A DNA stretch of 64,000 bases from Octopus vulgaris (lineage: Eukaryota): positions 65,162,001 through 65,226,000 of the forward strand of contig OX597817.1 in assembly GCA_951406725.2 (NCBI GenBank), read 5' to 3'. The stretch's first letter is position 1; each line of letters starts with the position of its first letter. This document shows, piece by piece, positions 55,961 to 64,000 of this stretch. Below the pieces are notes generated by a model that did no database searches, had not been told where the DNA came from, and saw nothing but the letters and a program-made list of their open reading frames with translations. The position numbers and the translations under genes were made by a program.

Positions 55961-56960
55961 TTTTCAGCGTGTGCGTGTGTTGGCATAGTGGTTTGTGTGA
56001 GTGTGTATTTGTGTGTATGTGGTGTGTATGTACGTGGGAGTGTGCGTGGGTGTGTGTTTTGCGCATGTTAGCATAGTGTTGTGTATGCATATATACGTGT
56101 ATTGGAATAGCTCATTTCTATGTGCATAATATCTGCTTATATAAACATGTATGTGTGCTTGTGTGTGTGTGTGTCTGTGTGTGTGTATGTGTGTTTGTGT
56201 GTATACACATGCACACATACACATGTACACACATACATATATGTATATGCACATATATATGTATATAGATGTGTGTGTATATATACTGCATCTTGGGTGG
56301 TCATTTTCTAGATAGGAAACATATGCACCAGTTCTATTGAAAGTGGAATAAAAATTTCTTGTGGTACTTTATCCGATTCTCCACGTTCTGAGTTCAAATC
56401 TCACCGAGGTTAACTTAGTCTCTCGTTCTTGCGGCCTCGATAAAAGAAAATACCAGTAAAACATAGGTGTCTATGTAATCAATTAACAGCTTCCTTTCCA
56501 AAATTGTTGGCTTTGTACCTAAATCAGAAACAATTATTGTCAAACTGTGTCGAAACAGATAGGCAATTAAAAGACTGACACAAACATATTGATCAGCTGA
56601 TTAATTGCACAATTAACTAAGCAATGGATTAATTGGTTAATATGTTAGCTAGTTGAATAATAATCATGATAATAAAAAGAAGTGAAATAAAATCAGTGCG
56701 TGTGCTTCTTATTGACAAAACAACATTCCCAAGATATGACATCTGTTTCAATGCAGGTTTTTACATTCAGAAGCTTGAAAAACACATCAAAACGTTGTGT
56801 GAGTGTGTGTAAGACGCGGGGACGGTTGTGTAGTTATGGGGCTCGCTTTGCAACCATGTGGTTTCGGTTTTAGTCCCACAGCACGGTATCCTGGGCAAGT
56901 GTTTTCCATTAAAGTCACAGGTCGACCAATGCCTTCTGTGTGCGTCTAGGTGTGTGAGTG

Positions 56961-56992
<32 letters not shown>

Positions 56993-57076
56993 TGTATGTA
57001 TGTATGTATGTATGTATGTATGTATGTATGTATGTATGTATGCATGTATGTATGTATGCATGTATGTATGTATATG

Positions 57077-57161
<85 letters not shown>

Positions 57162-57179
57162 ATATATATATATATATAT

Positions 57180-57445
57180 CCCTCTCTTCGATGTCATCGT
57201 AGAATATACACGCAGCAAGTTTAGATGGGCTGGACACGTCACCCGGCTCACCGATAATCGGTGGACCCGCGCAGTTGTCGTGTGGTACCTGCGCGAGCGG
57301 AAACAACCACACGGAAGGCCTCAACAACGGTGGCGCTATGATTTCAGGAGGGCGATTGGAATCACGTTGATGAGAAAGGCGAGGAGTGGGCAGCGTGCTG
57401 TGACCAGCGGTGTCAAATGGACGCCCGACGGACTGGTCAGTTAAG
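57180..57445 (+). mobile_element. RTE-clade LINE 3' end
   Basis: SKFRWAGHVTRLTDNRWT..VV.W..RERKQPHGRPQQRW. Confidence 0.85.
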
Positions 57446-57603
57446 GTGCAGCCGAAATTGCGCGGATGATCTGGGTCTTGACTGAAGATCGAAGGCTTCG
57501 AATGTCCCGTCCGTGTTTTTTGTATCGTCTTCTAAATGTTTTGCGTTCTCATCCCAGTTTGTAATTATATATAAATATGTATGTATATATATATATAAAT
57601 ATG

Positions 57604-58415
<812 letters not shown>

Positions 58416-58417
<2 letters not shown>

Positions 58418-58575
58418 CGTGGCTGTGTGGTAAAAAGATTGCTTCCCAACCATATGGTTCCATGTTCAGTCCTACTGCATGGCATCTTCGGCAAGTGTCT
58501 TCTATAATCTCAGGCCAACCAAAGCTTTGTGAGTGGATTTGGTAGACGGAAACTGAAAGAAGGTCGTCGTATATA

Positions 58576-58606
<31 letters not shown>

Positions 58607-58795
58607 GCGTGTGTGTTCCCCCCACCATCGCTTGACAACCGATGCTGATGCATTTTATGTCCCTGTAACTTAGCGATCCGGCAAAAGAGACCGATAGAAT
58701 AAGTACTAGGCTTACAAAGAATAAGTTCTGGGGTCGATTTCTTCGACTAAAAACCTTCTAAGATGGTGCTTCGGCATGGCCGCAGCCAGATGACT
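58416..58795 (+). mobile_element. Near full-length SINE family B; other pieces at ~5720-5935, 17330-17480, 29400-29640(-), 30500-30655(-), 37500-37665(-), 46215-46472, 49930-50120(-), 56815-56935, 58800-58925(-)
   Basis: tRNA-like head ggcgtggctgtgtggtaa...gttcagtcc, internal TA/TG microsatellite, tail gaccgatagaataagtactaggctt. Confidence 0.85.
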
Positions 58796-59003
58796 GTTTT
58801 CCGTCTCACAAGGCTTTGGTCGGCTCGAGGCTATAATAAAAGACACTTGCCCAAGTGCCATGCAGTGGGACTGAACCCGGAACCATGTGGTTGGGAAGCA
58901 AGCTTCTTTACCACACAGTCACGCCTGATTTATGTCCGATTCTGAGTGCAAGTGAAAAAGGTCGTTTTAATAGCATTAAAGGAGCCTTTAATGCTGTTAA
59001 AAC

Positions 59004-59060
59004 GACCCCTTCATATACAGTAGGACCCCTTCATATACAGTAGGACCCCTTCATATACAA
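59004..59060 (+). repeat. 20-bp tandem repeat, about three copies
   Basis: taggaccccttcatatacag. Confidence 0.9.
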
Positions 59061-59067
59061 TCCATAG

Positions 59068-59656
59068 CAGTGGTTCTCAACCAGAGTTCCATATAGCCTT
59101 TGGAGCTTCATATAAAATTTTGTTGTTAAAATTTATGTGCAATAAATTACTTATACTTACACAATATTAATAAAAAGTTAAATATAATTCCTAATAGTAT
59201 TTAATTATAAAAATACAGTAGGATTTTGTAAATATACATCGAATGGCTATAGGGGTCCAGTAGAGTAAAGTAAGAATCAAAGGGTTTCATAGGCAAAAAG
59301 TGGAAAAGAAGCACTGGTATAGAGCTGTGGTTCTCAACCGGGTTCCATATGTGCCCTGAGGGTCCGTATAAGACTTTGGGGGTCCACACAGCAAAATAGT
59401 AAATTGGGGATCCACAACAGTAATTTTACTTTAGCTGTATGTATTGGTATGTATTGCAAGAAACAGTTGGGGTTTTTTCTCTAACATTTTACATAGTTCG
59501 ACCTACACAAAGTAATGTGTGATAAAAAAAAAAAAAACGGAATTTTGAAAGCAGTTTCTATAAAACTAGTTTTTTTAACAATGAATGGTATTGGGAATCT
59601 GCCAAAAAATTAATAATCAAAGAGATCCATCGATGAAAACTAGTTGATAACCCCTA
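59068..59656. mobile_element. Two adjacent hAT-like MITE copies (59068-59316, 59325-59656)
   Basis: C(A/T)GTGGTTCTCAACC left ends and degenerate inverse right ends. Confidence 0.6.
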
Positions 59657-60015
59657 GTCTGGAGAGTATACACAGATAAGCATTAAGCCCTTAGACACGT
59701 GCGAGTCCTGGACAATTGTGTGCTATATGGTTTTGACTAAAGACAGTACAAGTACCGAACGTTAGCAAGGATACAAAATATGTACGTTTGAACGTGATTT
59801 TAAGCATTCCGATTGATGTTAGTAGAATATGTGTGTATTTATGTATGCATGTGGGATTCTATGCAAGTGTGTCGTGTGTGTGTGAGTATGTGTCTGTATG
59901 AGTACATGTATGCATGCATGCATGATGTATGAATGCATGTATGTATGTATGTATGTATGTATGTATGTATGTATGTATGTATGTATGTAGGTATTTAGGT
60001 ATGTAGCCATGTAGA

Positions 60016-60063
<48 letters not shown>

Positions 60064-60292
60064 CATATAATATATACATATATATATGTATATCTATGCG
60101 TATATATGTATTGATGTATATGTATATATATGTACATATATATATGTATATACATATTTATACACACACACACACATGGATGTGTGTGTGTGTTTATATT
60201 TGAAAGTGAGTTTAAAATATCATCCTCGTCTTTGGGGTTGTCTTCGTCATCATCATCAGCATCATTACCAGAACTACTATTACTACTACTTG

Positions 60293-60366
<74 letters not shown>

Positions 60367-60446
60367 GCAGCTGCTGCTGCTACATCTGCTGCTGCAGTAT
60401 AATTGTGCAACTGACTCTGTTGCTGCTCTTACTACTACTGCTGCTG

Positions 60447-60485
<39 letters not shown>

Positions 60486-61227
60486 GTATTGCTTTTGCTG
60501 CAGCTGTTGTTGCTGTTGATGATGATGCGGTTGTTACTACTGCTTCTGTTGCTACTTTCGTCTTTCATATCTTCTTCATCTTCTTCCGTTTCTCTCGCTC
60601 TCTCTCTCTCTCAGTCTTACTATCTTCACTTATCTACACAGCTTCCCTTTCGTACACAAACACACACATACGCGCGCGCACACTCATAGAAAACTTGTCG
60701 TTTGGCGCCTGTCAACCTCACCTCGCTGTTTTCTCCCTATTCTTAGGACCGTCTTTTGTTCACAAAGCATCACAGCCAGCATAATTTCTCTCTTTACTCC
60801 CCTTTACCCTTCATACCACCACCAACAATAACAACAACAACAACAAACAACACGACGACCGTCAACTCCTTAACTTCCTCGTTTTTACAACTCTTATAGC
60901 TTCTTCCTCTTGCTACCGCTCTTTCCTCCGACCTCCTTTGCAAGCTTCCATTTTTTCTCTCTCCTCTTCACATCATCGCTTCCGCTGCTAGCTTACAGCT
61001 GCTGCCGATTGTTATTAAGGCGAGCGAATCGTGGATCTTGAAGACACGGTTTGTGTTCAGTCTGGTCTCGTGTAGTGGCATCAGCTATACAACTTCTGCT
61101 CCACTATCTCCACTTCCGCCACCACATCCATCTTCACCACCACTACCACTCTTCGCGATCATTACACTACCGAACAGTGCTCCTTTCTATATTTATACAC
61201 ACACATACATACATATCTATATATATA

Positions 61228-61261
<34 letters not shown>

Positions 61262-61327
61262 CATACATTCATATATATCTTACTTTCTCGTTGCCTGTCT
61301 TTTGAGCGGCCTTACTCTGTTTTGACA

Positions 61328-61440
<113 letters not shown>

Positions 61441-61554
61441 CTCACACATTGCTCTTGGACTATCCTTACTACCTGGATCTATCCGATCATCATCAGCATC
61501 AGCATCACCGTCGTTATCAACTACAGGAAAACAAAATAAAAACACCACGACACC

Positions 61555-61771
61555 ATGAGGGCGACATGTATGGTTATTGTAGCTCTGTTTTTCTTAGTGG
61601 TCAGCAATCTAGCGATCGTTATATCGTTCGCTACCCCATACTGGATAGAGTTTCGAAACCCGGTCTTTCACAGTGGAGGTAACCATCATCGCGGCCTCTG
61701 GGCATATTGTGATTCTTCCAGCTGTAAATGGGTTTTCGACAACAACTTTCTTATTCAAAAGGATCTTGGAG
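61555..61771 (+). CDS. First coding exon of a claudin / PMP22-EMP-MP20 superfamily tetraspan membrane protein
   Basis: Kozak-like caccATG. N-terminal hydrophobic helix followed by ATPYW...GLWAYC....C (W-GLW-C-C signature). Splice donor AG|GTAAGA at 61771/61772, phase 1. Confidence 0.88.
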
Positions 61772-61858
61772 GTAAGATTGACATTTTATCAATTTTTTAG
61801 CCTGCATAACAAGATATGTTTTACTCATGCATTCGTGCATTGTACACGCACACTCACT

Positions 61859-61893
<35 letters not shown>

Positions 61894-62399
61894 TCGTGTG
61901 TATATGTGTGTGTGTATGTCTGTGTGTCTATGCGTATATGTGTGCATGTGTGCGCGCGTTTGGGTGTGTATATGTGTAATTGCATGCATATATGTATGTG
62001 TATGTGTGTGTGTGTAAATTTTATCTATCTGTGTCTCCCTCTTTTCTTCTCTATAGATTCACATATACACAGGCACAGACAAGTTCAAACACACACAAAC
62101 ACACACACACACTCACACACACACATACACACGCACACACGCACATACACACACACACGCACATGTATACACACACGGACATATATCAACTCACTTTACG
62201 ATATAAACATTATCACGTTTCTCTTGTCTGATAGTATTCTATGTTCGGCTAAATTTAGCAAAAGACGATTCTCCTCTCTCTTAGTTACGTTAAGAAATAC
62301 TCTCTCTTTCGCTTTCCCTCTCTTTCTCTCCGTGTTATATGTATGCGTAAGTGTGTGTGTATGTGCATGTGTAATATATAAATAAAAATATATATATAT

Positions 62400-62475
62400 A
62401 CTCACATGTGAATATATATACATATACATGAAACATACACACACACATACATACATACATACATATATACATACA

Positions 62476-62509
<34 letters not shown>

Positions 62510-62580
62510 CATACATACATACATGCATACATAATACATACATACATACATACATACACACATACATACATGCATACACG

Positions 62581-62612
<32 letters not shown>

Positions 62613-62740
62613 CATACATACATACATACATACATACATACATACATACATACATACATACACGCATACATACATACATACATACATACATACATACATA
62701 CATACATACATACACGCATACATGCATACATACATACACG

Positions 62741-62772
<32 letters not shown>

Positions 62773-62921
62773 CATACATACATACATACATACATACATA
62801 CATACATACATACATACATACATACATACATACATACACATACATACATACATGCATACACGCATACATACATACATACATACATACATACATACATACA
62901 TACATACATACATACATACAT
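62400..62921. repeat. (CATA)n microsatellite, representative of many TA/TATC/CATA/CA/TAC tracts in the window
   Basis: Direct inspection. Confidence 0.95.
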
Positions 62922-63123
62922 TTTTCTGGCTTTGGGTACAAAAAATATCGGAGGATTAGTTAATTGCGATTTTATTCAAAATATTCCCCTCTCAGATTCA
63001 CACACTTATTACAGCGGTGCTTCAGTTTTCCTAAGCTCTGTAAAAGAACTTTGAAGATTGGGCCTCCGGCCAAGTCTTTCGAGGTACCCTCAAAGCGAGG
63101 AACTTTACAATACCACCCTCGTA
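62922..63123 (-). mobile_element. Mariner-like terminal fragment
   Basis: Reverse complement begins TA-cgagggtggtattgtaaagttcc, a mariner-type terminus. Confidence 0.45.
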
Positions 63124-63247
63124 TGTTTTTTTATATATATATGTACACACACATACACACATAAAATACACATGTATGCATGCGTGCATATATATATATG
63201 CATACATACATACATACATATATATATATATAACACACACACATATA

Positions 63248-63301
<54 letters not shown>

Positions 63302-63947
63302 TATATGTATACACACATATACACATACACATATATATATATATATATATGATATACTTACATATCCATGCATGTGAATGTACGTGCCTCTGTGTGTGTG
63401 TGTGTGTGTATTGTTCAGTCTTTTACCATTTTTTGGTGTATAAATAGATCACATTACGTAAGAGACACATTTGTAACTCAGACATTCAAACACATACATC
63501 CTCCAGGTTGCAGATTTCGCTATGCCATATCCAATTGCATATTCATCTGAATATAGCAATGGTTCGTGGTTGCCCTTTCTGACTAACCGTGTAGAAGTTT
63601 AGTTCAACAACGTGGTTTCGAGACATGCTAGAAATAGCAACAAAATCTCATTTAAACCGTAAGTCTGACTTAGAAGCCTTTATCCACGTTATCGAATCTG
63701 TCTTTTAAAAATGGGACATATTGGATAACGTGGACATCGTAACTTGAGATAAAATGGTCTGAAGTGACGGGATAGTCACGACTAGAATGAGTTTGATTAT
63801 TGGCCTGCTCGACCGTGGCTGAACAGGAGATAAAAATAACTACAACATCTATCTATCTAACTATCTATCTACCTATGTATGTATGTATGTATGTATGTAT
63901 GTATGTATGTATGTATGTATGTATGTATGTATGTATGTATGTATGTA

Positions 63948-63978
<31 letters not shown>

Positions 63979-64000
63979 ATGTATATATGTATGTATGTAT

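Noticed and set aside
62196-63373. Long [12 protein letters not shown] ORFs here and throughout the window
   Set aside because: Artefacts of stop-free (CATA)n, (TA)n and (CA)n repeats.

Overview
AT-rich, microsatellite-dense eukaryotic DNA. The SINE and microsatellite landscape suggests a cephalopod (Octopus-like) genome; this is inference. Almost all listed ORFs are microsatellite noise. The only convincing host coding sequence is the first coding exon of a claudin/PMP22-superfamily gene (61555-61771). The rest is decayed mobile DNA: tRNA-derived SINEs, CR1-, RTE- and R4/Dong-like LINE remnants, mariners, a Ty3/gypsy remnant, Helitron/Helentron pieces and MITEs. Two patterns stand out. (1) At least ten sequence-distinct Penelope-like or retrozyme-like elements, most sitting in (TA)n tracts. 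Most carry a hammerhead-ribozyme motif near the 3' end, and many have a 5' fold-back inverted copy that lacks a ~50-105 nt 3' tail, giving palindromes with arms of about 45-1250 bp. (2) An ORF1-only Tx1/L1-like retroelement plus a second fragment inserted in tandem at the same 15-bp site in a SINE head, suggesting SINE-targeted retrotransposition. All motif calls were made by eye and coordinates may be off by a few bases.
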